Positions 42,079 through 50,972 of a DNA stretch of 64,000 nt are shown one piece after another. Below the pieces are notes generated by a model. It ran no database searches. It was not told the origin of the DNA and was given only the letters and a program-made list of their open reading frames with translations. The DNA lies in NCBI GenBank assembly GCA_027622665.1, contig JAQBYT010000001.1, positions 192,001 through 256,000 on the forward strand. Direction: 5' to 3'. How positions within the stretch are numbered: the first letter of the stretch is position 1; every line of letters begins with the position of its first letter. Source of the DNA: Verrucomicrobiota bacterium. GTDB lineage: Bacteria; Verrucomicrobiota; Verrucomicrobiia; Opitutales; Seribacteraceae. The position numbers and the translations under genes are program-made.

Positions 42079-42531
42079 CTATTTCCCGAGTACTTTTTTT
42101 ATCCTATCTATTTGCAGTCCGTACTTTGGGTTGGGTTTCCCTCTCATGTAAAAATATGGATCGTTGTACAAATCCTCGTATTTTTCTAATTCTTTTAGTA
42201 AAAGTTTTTTCTTTTGTACCTCCGCAGGGTTTTCCGACCGATCTGTCTTCGCTTGTTCATCTCCAGAACTTTTCGATAATGATTGTAGGATATCTTGCGC
42301 GGATTCCTTTGTGATCTCCGATATCCATTCATCCGACCATCTGTTCCATCTAGCAAAATCGAGCAATTCTAGTCCAGATTGGAATCCGCGACAGGAATAA
42401 GCAAATGTTTCCAATGCCTGCTCAGGCGTAGCAGCCATGAAATATCTCACCATTGGAGTTACGTTGGAATCCATGCGAAATCGCATTCGAAATTGAGCTT
42501 GTTCGGGCTCCGAATAGATTTTCTTTTTCAC
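42079..42531 (-). CDS. Hypothetical protein, paralogue of 43134-43601
   Basis: GTG start aligns with the ATG of the paralogue; shared YSEPEQ, FMA, EQALE, FAYSCR, WNRW and RGKPNPKY motifs. Confidence 0.85.
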   Translation of the reverse strand: MKKKIYSEPEQAQFRMRFRMDSNVTPMVRYFMAATPEQALETFAYSCRGFQSGLELLDFARWNRWSDEWISEITKESAQDILQSLSKSSGDEQAKTDRSENPAEVQKKKLLLKELEKYEDLYNDPYFYMRGKPNPKYGLQIDRIKKVLGK

Positions 42532-43133
42532 TCGAATTATAAATTGGAATAATGGTGTATATAATATTCCGGATTTCATTTTGTCTGTGAGACCAGCGGC
42601 TGATGCAATGCCAACCTTTCAGACCACTCCTTTTTATCGTGACCTATTGAAACCTATTGGAAACTAATGATAAAAAGTGGATGTAAAACAGCAAAGTTTA
42701 CAAAATCATTGAGGTTGAACAGCGGATGTCCCTTTCATGTGGAGATCTTCTGCCTTTTTGACTTACTGGAAAAGTCCTAATCGCGCCCCATTGGATTTGG
42801 TCCTCAAGTTGCTTCTGGCGGCAAAATCCTTACAGGAGTTCGGTTTACCCTTTTCGCTCGCTTGGAACTTTACCTTGCTTCTCTATTGTCGCTTTCTCCA
42901 TCGGGAGACCATTTTGGCGTTCCCCTTTCTTGAGGCGAAGGAAATCAACCTCTGACGCACTGCCAATAATGGGGGGGCTTCCCTTCATCACCTGCGAAGT
43001 CGTGTGCAATCTTCGTACGCATCCATAAGTCGTAATACCCGCGAAGTGTCAGTGTTTCTGTTCCTCTTTCGGTTATGCCAGTACGGAGACGCCATTCCAG
43101 CCTGTTGTCACAGACTTACCTCTAAGGGAGAGT

Positions 43134-43601
43134 TTATCCGGAGCTATTATGCTTGTTGACGATTTGATTGATCCGATCAATTTCCCGTTTGTATTTTGGG
43201 TTAGGTTTCCCTCGGATAAAATAATTAGGATTATTATACCTTGTTTCGTACATTTCCAACTCTTTCAGGAGTTTGCCATTATTAGTTGTGGTCTTTGTCC
43301 CGTTAGAATTAGTTGTCTTCGCTTTGGCTGTATTTTGTTCATCTAAAACGGATTGAATCTGTTGTTGGGCAACTTCCTTTGGAACCTCAAAATCCCACTC
43401 ATTCGCCCATCGGTTCCATTTAGCGAAATCTAGCAATGCCGGTGTGGCTTCGAAATCGCGGCAGGAATAGGCAAACATTTCTAAGGCTTGCTCGGCGGAT
43501 GTGGCCATGAAGAACTTCTCCACTGGGAATACATCTTCTCCCAAGAGATATCGCATGCGATATTGTGTCTGTTCGGGTTCTGAATAGCGTTTCTTTTTCA
43601 T
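43134..43601 (-). CDS. Hypothetical protein, paralogue of 42079-42531
   Basis: Ungapped protein-level similarity to the neighbouring ORF supports both being real genes. Confidence 0.85.
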   Translation of the reverse strand: MKKKRYSEPEQTQYRMRYLLGEDVFPVEKFFMATSAEQALEMFAYSCRDFEATPALLDFAKWNRWANEWDFEVPKEVAQQQIQSVLDEQNTAKAKTTNSNGTKTTTNNGKLLKELEMYETRYNNPNYFIRGKPNPKYKREIDRINQIVNKHNSSG

Positions 43602-43979
43602 CAGAAGTTTATTTTAAGATAAATATTATGTTTTATTCATGAAAACCCATAATTGATAATTATAGTGCAACAATAGAGCTGTCTTATACAATGAGCAAAT
43701 TGCCCTGACTCTCCTTTAGGCGGAATCTGGTACTTTATGATGAAGTCCATTATATTTATAAGTAATAAAAGCAGGAAAGTGCAGTTATGCTTACATTCCG
43801 AAATGACTTAAGCGCTTTCCCGTATCGAGGCGGGTTGCCTTGGACTTGTAGGTCGACCGTCTGGAATCGTCGCAGCAGGACTTCAATTGCACTTCCAACT
43901 ATTTTCCTTGTGGTTGGCCTTACTCAATCTGGGTAGGCAGGTGCCGATAGTTTTTCGCGTCTTTCAGACAGCGGAAGAA

Positions 43980-46076
43980 CTACTTTTTTAATGGAAGGAA
44001 CTGTAGCGCGTCTATGATTACGTAACCGTCGGTGCCTTTGTTGGTTATAAGGACACTTGCCGCTTCAGTAAAGGAGAAGTTGCCAAGACTGATGGAGGAT
44101 TCGTCAACGGGAGGCTCCTTCGTTTGGTTTACGATGACGGTGGTTTCGCCGTCGGAATGAACGATGGTGACAGGAACGTTTGTGGCTCGATTGTCGTTAG
44201 GCGGATACGCGAGACGCACATCGTAACGACCAGGTTTGAGCCTTACCTTGAAGCGGGCGTTGCGAGCCCCTTTGTCTTCGTTGCCGTCGTGTCTATAGCC
44301 ATTACCGATAAACGGTCCGGTGGCAGAACTCGAAGTCCAAGTTCCTTTCAGTTCCGCTTGGGAGTCGTCCACCACTATGCCGTCTAGCTTTATGGATTTC
44401 ACCGAGTTCATAGGCGGAGGAATGTTTAATTCCAAAACTTGACCTTCGGCTAGGAGATGTTTGCGAAGCGTCGCGTAGGGGAGGTCTTGAACGGCAAGGT
44501 TTTCGGCGAGAGATAGAAGCGCCGCGGTGGCGGCGGACTGTCCGAGGATCATGAAGACAGGTTCCATGCGGATGGAACCGAAAGCGATGTGGGAACTCGA
44601 CACGCAGACTGGAACGAGTAGGTTTTCGCACTCCTTTTTCTTTGGGACGAGGGAACCGTAGGCGATTTGGTAGGGTCCTCGGGTGGAGACTCCGATGTCC
44701 CCTTCGTTCTGGACATATCCTTCCGGGGTTACGTAGCGCTGCACGTTGTGCGAGTCCATCGTGTAGGACCCCATGCCGACGGATTCGGGCGTGGGCCGTT
44801 TTTTCAACAGTTCGTTCTCAGTCATTACGTACTTGCCGATCATCCGTCGGGCTTCGCGCACATATATCTGGTGTGGCCAGTTGTCATTGTCGTTGAACTC
44901 GTCCTTCGCCAGTCCCCAAGTGCGCATTTTATTCCGAATCAGTTTTGGGACTCGAACGTCGTTTGCATAGAACCATAGAAGGCCCTGTTGGTAAACGCGA
45001 TGTTCGTCGATGATTTCGCGTCGGCGCTCATAGGAACCATCCGGATAATCGTAGTTCATTCCAATGTTGTCGGTGGAGAAGGGGCCGTGGTTGTTTGTGT
45101 CCGTCTTTCGATTGGGTATCCGGTCGAATTTCCCGAAGACTTGATTCCACCCTGAGGAAAGGATGCGTGCGAGTAGTTCGTACTGCTTGGGGTCATATCC
45201 TTTTGGCTTTGGGAACTTGACGCGATTTTCGGCATGGTCCGTGAGGCACATGCGGAAGCAATAAGCCTGTATTTTTTTGTCCTCGGTCCCAAATTCCCCG
45301 GGGTGCTCGAGGTTGATGCGAGGGAGGAAACCGCTTAAGGGGTTGCCGGGTTCGAGGTAGGGGCTGATTTTCGTTTTAACCGCACCGAAGTGGTGTCCGT
45401 GGTGAAGGACGCCAGTTTGAACGCCGTTCCACTGTTCGCCATACGCTTCCTTTGATTCTCGCCCCACGTGATAGTTTATGCCCGCAGCGGCCAAGAGATC
45501 TCCTTCGTAGGTGGCGTCAATGAACATTTTACCATTATAAGTGTTTCCGCTCAACATGGTGATAGCCGTGATGCGACCCTTCTCGATTGCGACCCCCTTG
45601 CCAGGGGCACGGTCGAGCCATTCGTCGCGGTGGACGGTTAGTTCGTAATCGCGGGCAAAGTCCTCGAAAACCTTCTCCGCCACGCTCGGCTCGAATATCC
45701 ACATCGTACGATTCTCTCCGTCGATGGCGGGCGTACCTTGTCCTTTGTTGCCGTATTCCTCCCGTTTTTGCCACTTCCAAGTTTCCAGTTTGTTGTACTC
45801 CTTCCAGACGCGGTGGTAGAATTCTCGAGCGAGCCCGCCGATAGCCTCCTTTTTCCCCGTGTCGGTCCAGCCTAATCCACCGGAGGAGAGACCGCCAAGG
45901 TGAATGTCCGGGCAGACGAGAACGACCGATCTCCCCATCTTTCTGGCCTGAACTGCGGCGACAACTCCCGCACTCGTCCCTCCATAAACCACAAGATCGT
46001 ATTCAATGAATTTTTCGGCTAAGGTTTGCTTACTGCAAATAATGCTGGCGATGGCGAGGAGTGCGGTCAACTTCAT
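43980..46076 (-). CDS. Secreted FAD-dependent oxidoreductase with C-terminal xanthan-lyase/golvesin-type beta-sandwich domain
   Basis: DLVVYGGTSAGV, GGLSSGGLG, FIDATYEGD, QAYCFR, YVREARRM, RMEPVFM; C-terminal GIVVDD...W..S...GYRHD...IDALQF. Confidence 0.85.
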   Translation of the reverse strand: MKLTALLAIASIICSKQTLAEKFIEYDLVVYGGTSAGVVAAVQARKMGRSVVLVCPDIHLGGLSSGGLGWTDTGKKEAIGGLAREFYHRVWKEYNKLETWKWQKREEYGNKGQGTPAIDGENRTMWIFEPSVAEKVFEDFARDYELTVHRDEWLDRAPGKGVAIEKGRITAITMLSGNTYNGKMFIDATYEGDLLAAAGINYHVGRESKEAYGEQWNGVQTGVLHHGHHFGAVKTKISPYLEPGNPLSGFLPRINLEHPGEFGTEDKKIQAYCFRMCLTDHAENRVKFPKPKGYDPKQYELLARILSSGWNQVFGKFDRIPNRKTDTNNHGPFSTDNIGMNYDYPDGSYERRREIIDEHRVYQQGLLWFYANDVRVPKLIRNKMRTWGLAKDEFNDNDNWPHQIYVREARRMIGKYVMTENELLKKRPTPESVGMGSYTMDSHNVQRYVTPEGYVQNEGDIGVSTRGPYQIAYGSLVPKKKECENLLVPVCVSSSHIAFGSIRMEPVFMILGQSAATAALLSLAENLAVQDLPYATLRKHLLAEGQVLELNIPPPMNSVKSIKLDGIVVDDSQAELKGTWTSSSATGPFIGNGYRHDGNEDKGARNARFKVRLKPGRYDVRLAYPPNDNRATNVPVTIVHSDGETTVIVNQTKEPPVDESSISLGNFSFTEAASVLITNKGTDGYVIIDALQFLPLKK

Positions 46077-46094
46077 GATGGTTTTTGTAATGGC

Positions 46095-46106
46095 CTAAAC
46101 GTTTAG
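46095..46106. promoter_or_regulatory. Perfect 12-bp palindrome, candidate operator
   Basis: CTAAACGTTTAG about 20 bp upstream of the oxidoreductase start. Confidence 0.35.
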
Positions 46107-46252
46107 AGAAATCTCCAGTGACTATAATTTAGAAAGTAATGTTATCAATGTGGGTTTTATTGTTAGGTGGATTCAATTTCGACATGCAAAAAACAGTAAG
46201 CCTAGCCGCAGATGTTATCTCAGATCTCACCCCGATGGGGAAGCCGACGAAA

Positions 46253-49006
46253 TTAGTCTTCGTTTCGCGTTTTCCAAGTCAAACCCGTGGTTGATTGACC
46301 ATCACCATTCGGTATTAAATAACTGGCTATGATGCCTGCTAGAAAGCAGGAGGCGACCCCTGCAAAGGCATAAAACCAGGAATGTACGGGATGCCAGGTT
46401 TTTAGTGAAAATACGACGGCAGCCGAGGCCGCAAGGCCGATCAGGGTTCCTTTTGCGTGGGCTTTTTCGGCGAAGATGGCCAAAAGGAATAGTCCACCCA
46501 GACCTCCACCGAAGAGACCAAGAAAGCCGACGAACTGATCCCACAGAGACTTGATTTCAGTCCCCGCCAAAAAGAGGGCGAGAGCTATGCCCGCTACACC
46601 CACCGCGACCGTTGCGATACGAGCTACACGGAGCTTTTCGGTGGCAGTGGAGCTGGGCCGGTAACGGGCATGGAAGTCGATTGTGACGGCGGCGGCTACG
46701 CTGTTCATACTGCTGTCGAGACTAGACATCGCTGCTGCGAAGACGCCCGCGATCACGAGTCCTGCGATTCCTTCGGGCAGCTGTGCAACGACATAAAAGG
46801 GCAGTATGGCATCGGCGGTGGAGAGATGGGGGTCGAGGGTTTCAGGGTGGTTGGCGAAGAAGACGTATAGGGCGGCTCCGACGAGAAAGAAAAGAAGGGT
46901 TGCGGGGACGGTGAGAAAGGCATTTGTCCAGATGCTACGGGCAGAGGTCTTTTCGTCCTTGGTCGTCAGGTAGCGCTGGACTACGGTTTGGTCGCTTCCG
47001 TAACTGATTAAACTAGCTGCGAGACCCCCAAGCAGAAGGGTCCATAAAGTAGGTTCTGAAAAATTCCAACGGAGGTCTATATAGTTAAGCTTTTCGGCGG
47101 ATTGCGCTTGATCAATTAAACTCTGAAAACCACCCACTTCTCCGGCAATAGAAGCAACTACATAGACCGCTCCTCCGAGCAGAACGAACACCTGCAGGAC
47201 ATCTGTCCAGATAACGGCTTCAATGCCGCCGAGGGTTACGTATATGATGCAGAGAACCCCCATTACTAGGATGCAAGTGGTGACGTCCACTCCCGTAACG
47301 ACCGATAAGGCAAGAGATGGCAAAAGCAGAACTATTCCTATTCTAGCCAATTGTAGGAAAATAAAAAAGCCACTTGCGACTAACCTAACAGAAGCGTCGA
47401 ACCTTTTTTCAAGATATTCGTATGCGGTGGTTACGTCCAATTTTCGATAAAAAGGAAGAAAGCAGAATACGATCAGAGGAGCTACGAGAAGTATGGGAAG
47501 ATTGCCGAAGAGATAGGTCCAGTCAGTTGCATAGGCTTTGGCAGGGAGCGCCATGAAGGTGATGGCACTCAATTGAGTTCCGAAGATACTTAGGCCTGCT
47601 GCCCACCAAGGGATACGACCACCTGCCTTGAAGAAGTCTTCCGGTGTCTTTTCTTTTCCCACCAAGCGTATGCCGATAAAAACAAGAAACGCTAGATAAA
47701 GCGCTACCGCCGCATAGTCCAGAGGACCGAATCCTTCACTCCTTTGGGGTTCTCCCAAGAGAACTTTTGCCGTTCGGACGCCGGGAGAGGTTTCTCCGGT
47801 AGGTATGACGATGCCCCCGTTCCATGCCACTGCCTGTGTCGTTACAGGAAATGGGATTTCTGCTTCGCCGACTTTGGTCCAACTGTCCGTTACTGCGTGG
47901 TAAGCAAGAATGTCCTGAGAAAAGCCGGTGTGTTGTTCGTGAAAACGTAGGTGTTGGGTCTTCAGTTCCGCAAGTTCGGTGGAGTTCGTTTCGTTGCTGT
48001 CTTCTCCACTCCTATCAAGTTCGACTATGCGCTCATTCAACTTTTCGATCTCGAGGAATCGTTGACCATCGGCTCCTCCGAAAACGAGGATATGGGCAAC
48101 GCCAATGGGAGCGCAGGTACCCGCCATTATGCAACGGGGTTGACCATCGCCAGTCGAGATTTCGGCGAGTGGTGACCAGGTCTTGTCCGAGGGATCGAAC
48201 CTGTAAGCGTCGGTGAGCATCTCGGTCGCTTTTCCCGAATGTGGATTGCGACCGCTAAAGAGATAGAGACAATCGTTCTCTCCGTTGCTTTGAGACGCGG
48301 CTAAGGGCAGAATCCGAGGTGGTCCTGACCACGGGGGCAATTCCTCCCATGCCAACTCTGCGTCCGGTTTGGAGAGGTCTAGCGACCAGAAGTTGTTGGT
48401 GGCGTCCCCTCCCATCTTTTCCTGTCCACCCATTAGATAAACGATGTCGTCTACCATTGCCCCTCCCATAAAGGCCAATGGGCGAGGTAAGTTCGGGAGA
48501 CGTTGCAGTTTTAGTTCGCGTTCCTCGGGCAACCATTGAAGGCGAAAGACGTCGTCGTGGCACCGTTCGGCGTCGCAACCACCGATGCACAGGAGTCCCT
48601 TTTCGGTAGAGATGGCCACACCGTAAGCGGAGGACTTGAGTAGTTCTAGTCTCGGCGAGGTAAACCAGTTGGATTTGGGTTTGCCGTCCGCTTCTTTCTC
48701 TAGCACGTAAACATCGTTCCACCAAACCTTCTGGCCTCCTCTCCATGACGGTAAATCCGGAAAGTTTGCTCCACCTGCCACCAGCAAGGCATCGCCGTGA
48801 ACTCCTACGAATGGTCCGGCCAATCCCGCTTGCTTGACTTCTCCTGAAGCAGGGGGTAGGTCGGGCAGGTTGGCACCCGACCAGTCGAAGGGCTGGATGA
48901 GAACTTTTTTAGCAGCAGCAAGCCAAGATCCCGAGAAAACGAAGACAAGCAGCAAGGACAGCAGAATCTTCCGTATCGATTTGACCAAGCCTAGAAGCGA
49001 TCTCAT
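46253..49006 (-). CDS. Kelch/NanM-like mutarotase domain fused to a sodium:solute symporter (SiaT-like)
   Basis: Signal peptide; GLAGPFVG, VAGGANFP, GETSPGVRT (NanM/YjhT-like); FFKAGGRIPWW, LSAITF, TAYEYLEKRF, AVIWTD, DQTVVQRY, AAAMSSLDS (SSS). Confidence 0.88.
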   Translation of the reverse strand: MRSLLGLVKSIRKILLSLLLVFVFSGSWLAAAKKVLIQPFDWSGANLPDLPPASGEVKQAGLAGPFVGVHGDALLVAGGANFPDLPSWRGGQKVWWNDVYVLEKEADGKPKSNWFTSPRLELLKSSAYGVAISTEKGLLCIGGCDAERCHDDVFRLQWLPEERELKLQRLPNLPRPLAFMGGAMVDDIVYLMGGQEKMGGDATNNFWSLDLSKPDAELAWEELPPWSGPPRILPLAASQSNGENDCLYLFSGRNPHSGKATEMLTDAYRFDPSDKTWSPLAEISTGDGQPRCIMAGTCAPIGVAHILVFGGADGQRFLEIEKLNERIVELDRSGEDSNETNSTELAELKTQHLRFHEQHTGFSQDILAYHAVTDSWTKVGEAEIPFPVTTQAVAWNGGIVIPTGETSPGVRTAKVLLGEPQRSEGFGPLDYAAVALYLAFLVFIGIRLVGKEKTPEDFFKAGGRIPWWAAGLSIFGTQLSAITFMALPAKAYATDWTYLFGNLPILLVAPLIVFCFLPFYRKLDVTTAYEYLEKRFDASVRLVASGFFIFLQLARIGIVLLLPSLALSVVTGVDVTTCILVMGVLCIIYVTLGGIEAVIWTDVLQVFVLLGGAVYVVASIAGEVGGFQSLIDQAQSAEKLNYIDLRWNFSEPTLWTLLLGGLAASLISYGSDQTVVQRYLTTKDEKTSARSIWTNAFLTVPATLLFFLVGAALYVFFANHPETLDPHLSTADAILPFYVVAQLPEGIAGLVIAGVFAAAMSSLDSSMNSVAAAVTIDFHARYRPSSTATEKLRVARIATVAVGVAGIALALFLAGTEIKSLWDQFVGFLGLFGGGLGGLFLLAIFAEKAHAKGTLIGLAASAAVVFSLKTWHPVHSWFYAFAGVASCFLAGIIASYLIPNGDGQSTTGLTWKTRNED

Positions 49007-49160
49007 GGATCGACAAAAGTTAGTTCCGTCGGGATCAGTTCTCAAATTAATTTCAAGGGCGGTGCCGAAGTGCTGCTTCGTTTTCTCAAGGTAAATGCCT
49101 TGCTCGTCGCCTCAAAATCGAAAATGGGCTGCGATCCATTGCAGTTTTAATCCTGCGGGT

Positions 49161-50267
49161 TCAGGTAATGTGAGCGCCTCGGGTTTCGACGTACATGGCA
49201 TAAATGGATTGGCTTGCGGTCATGAAAAGGCGATTACGCTTAGGGCCGCCAAAGCAAAGGTTGGAGCAAATTTCAGGTAGCAGGATTTGGCCAATGCGCT
49301 TGCCTTCGGTAGGCTCGAACACATGAACGCCATCATAACCTGCACCCACCCAACCTGCGCTTGACCATACGTTTCCGTCTACGTCGCAACGGATCCCGTC
49401 GGCCATGCCTGCATAGGTCTCTTCGCCAATCTTCAAATCCATGGAGGCAAATCTTCTTCCTTTCTTGAGTGTCTTTTCTTCCACGACGTCCCATGCCTTG
49501 ATCTGCTTGTCTGCCTCGGGGTAATGGGAGGCTCCGGTATCGGCTACATAGAGCGTCTTGTAGTCAGGTGAAAAGCAGAGACCGTTGGGTTTGAAGATTT
49601 CGTCAGTGACTTTGTTTATTTTCCCTGTCTTGGAGTCAATACGGTAGACCGCTTCTTTTTGGTGGGGTTGGACGCTTCCCGTGTCGGACTTGTTGCCCTC
49701 GTAGTTCATCAACGAACCGTAGCCGGGGTCGGTGAACCAGATGTCCCCGTTCGGATGGACGACTGCGTCGTTCGGGGCATTGAACTGCTTCCCATCGAAT
49801 TCGTCGGCAAGAACGGTTGCCTTGCCATTGTGCTCGTAGCGGACGACACGTCGATTCCCGTGTTCGCAGGAGATTTGCCTGCCCTGCCAATCAAAGGTGT
49901 TTCCGTTGCTGTTTCCGCTCGGGTGACGAAAGGTGCTGACATGACCGTCTTCATTGAGCCATCGAAGTTGCACGTCGTTAGGAATGTCGCTCCAGATGAG
50001 GTATTTACCCACCGCGTTCCATGCCGGACCCTCGGCCCACAACATGTCGGGATGGGTGTAGAGGCGCTGTATGGGAGTGTTCCCCAGTTTGTATTTGTTG
50101 AAACGCTCGTCGTGTACGATGATGTCGGGATCCGGGTATCGCGTAGGGATGTTTCCCGTCCAGTCTCTGGCCATACAAACTGCAGTTCCCAAGCTAGAAG
50201 CCGCAGCGGCGAGAAAAGACCTGCGTCCCCAAGCATGAGTTTTGTCGGAGGGTGAGTTTTCTTTCAT
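49161..50267 (-). CDS. SMP-30/gluconolactonase family protein, Tat-exported
   Basis: GRRSFLAAA; WAEGPAW, WSDIPN, SNGNT, FNAPND, FTDPGYG, PNGLCFSPD, DGIRCD. Confidence 0.92.
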   Translation of the reverse strand: MKENSPSDKTHAWGRRSFLAAAASSLGTAVCMARDWTGNIPTRYPDPDIIVHDERFNKYKLGNTPIQRLYTHPDMLWAEGPAWNAVGKYLIWSDIPNDVQLRWLNEDGHVSTFRHPSGNSNGNTFDWQGRQISCEHGNRRVVRYEHNGKATVLADEFDGKQFNAPNDAVVHPNGDIWFTDPGYGSLMNYEGNKSDTGSVQPHQKEAVYRIDSKTGKINKVTDEIFKPNGLCFSPDYKTLYVADTGASHYPEADKQIKAWDVVEEKTLKKGRRFASMDLKIGEETYAGMADGIRCDVDGNVWSSAGWVGAGYDGVHVFEPTEGKRIGQILLPEICSNLCFGGPKRNRLFMTASQSIYAMYVETRGAHIT

Positions 50268-50424
50268 AAGAGGAAGTTTGTGAGGTTTTTAATGTTATTG
50301 AATCGCTTTTTGAGCATCTCGCGCCCTTTTCCAACTTGGGGCAAGCGAGTTTTTTGCATAGCGAAGATTTGACTTTATGCAGAAACAAGCTTTGATGGAT
50401 CGTTTTCAATAAATCCTACGACCA

Positions 50425-50580
50425 ATGAAACCGACATATAATCCGTCTAAAGTGCGCAGAGCTCGTAAGTGCGGGTTTCGCAAACGCAACAGTACGAGCG
50501 CGGGCCGAAATATCCTAAGGAATCGGCGGCGTAAAGGGCGTAAGCGTTTAACTGCTTCTGTGGCACGTCGCTTCCGCTAG
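50425..50580 (+). CDS. rpmH: 50S ribosomal protein L34 (absent from the ORF track)
   Basis: Translates [51 protein letters not shown]; lies directly upstream of rnpA. Confidence 0.96.
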   Translation: MKPTYNPSKVRRARKCGFRKRNSTSAGRNILRNRRRKGRKRLTASVARRFR

Positions 50581-50588
50581 ATGTTGCT

Positions 50589-50972
50589 ATTTTAAGGCAA
50601 AAATCAGTCAACGGTTGCGGTTTTGGCTTCAAGTCTAAAAGCCGCATAAGAAAGCGTGAAGAATTCCAAACCGTTAAACAGAAAGGCAAGCGTGTACGCA
50701 CGAATCATTTCTTGGCGCAACTTCTTATTGACGACGAAAGACCAACGGCTGAAAGAAGGATCGGAATAATTGTAACAAGACGGCTAGGAAACGCCGTCAA
50801 GCGCAACCGAGCTAAAAGAGTCTTTAGAGAGTTGTTCAGGAATCATAAAGAAATTTTGCCCGAGAGAAGCGATTTGGTAGTAATTCCGCACTCAACTTTT
50901 TTTTCGCAACCCTATTCGATGCTTGAGTCGGATTTTCTACAGACATGCAAACGCTTTAAAACCGACAGATGA
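50589..50972 (+). CDS. rnpA: Ribonuclease P protein component (start codon unresolved)
   Basis: RIRKREEFQTV..KGKR and IGIIVTRRLGNAVKRNRAKR (RNR motif); the conserved N-terminus lies upstream of the TTG at 50712 used by the ORF track; start placed provisionally at the in-frame ATT. Confidence 0.85.
   Translation: MLRQKSVNGCGFGFKSKSRIRKREEFQTVKQKGKRVRTNHFLAQLLIDDERPTAERRIGIIVTRRLGNAVKRNRAKRVFRELFRNHKEILPERSDLVVIPHSTFFSQPYSMLESDFLQTCKRFKTDR

Noticed and set aside
43760..43915. Minus-strand frame containing TRKIVGSAIEV, like a GxxExxY protein N-terminus
   Set aside because: The GxxExxY motif does not follow and there is no start codon; probably chance.
50268..50424. Replication origin next to rpmH
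   Set aside because: No dnaA, no TTATCCACA-type boxes and no AT-rich unwinding element seen.
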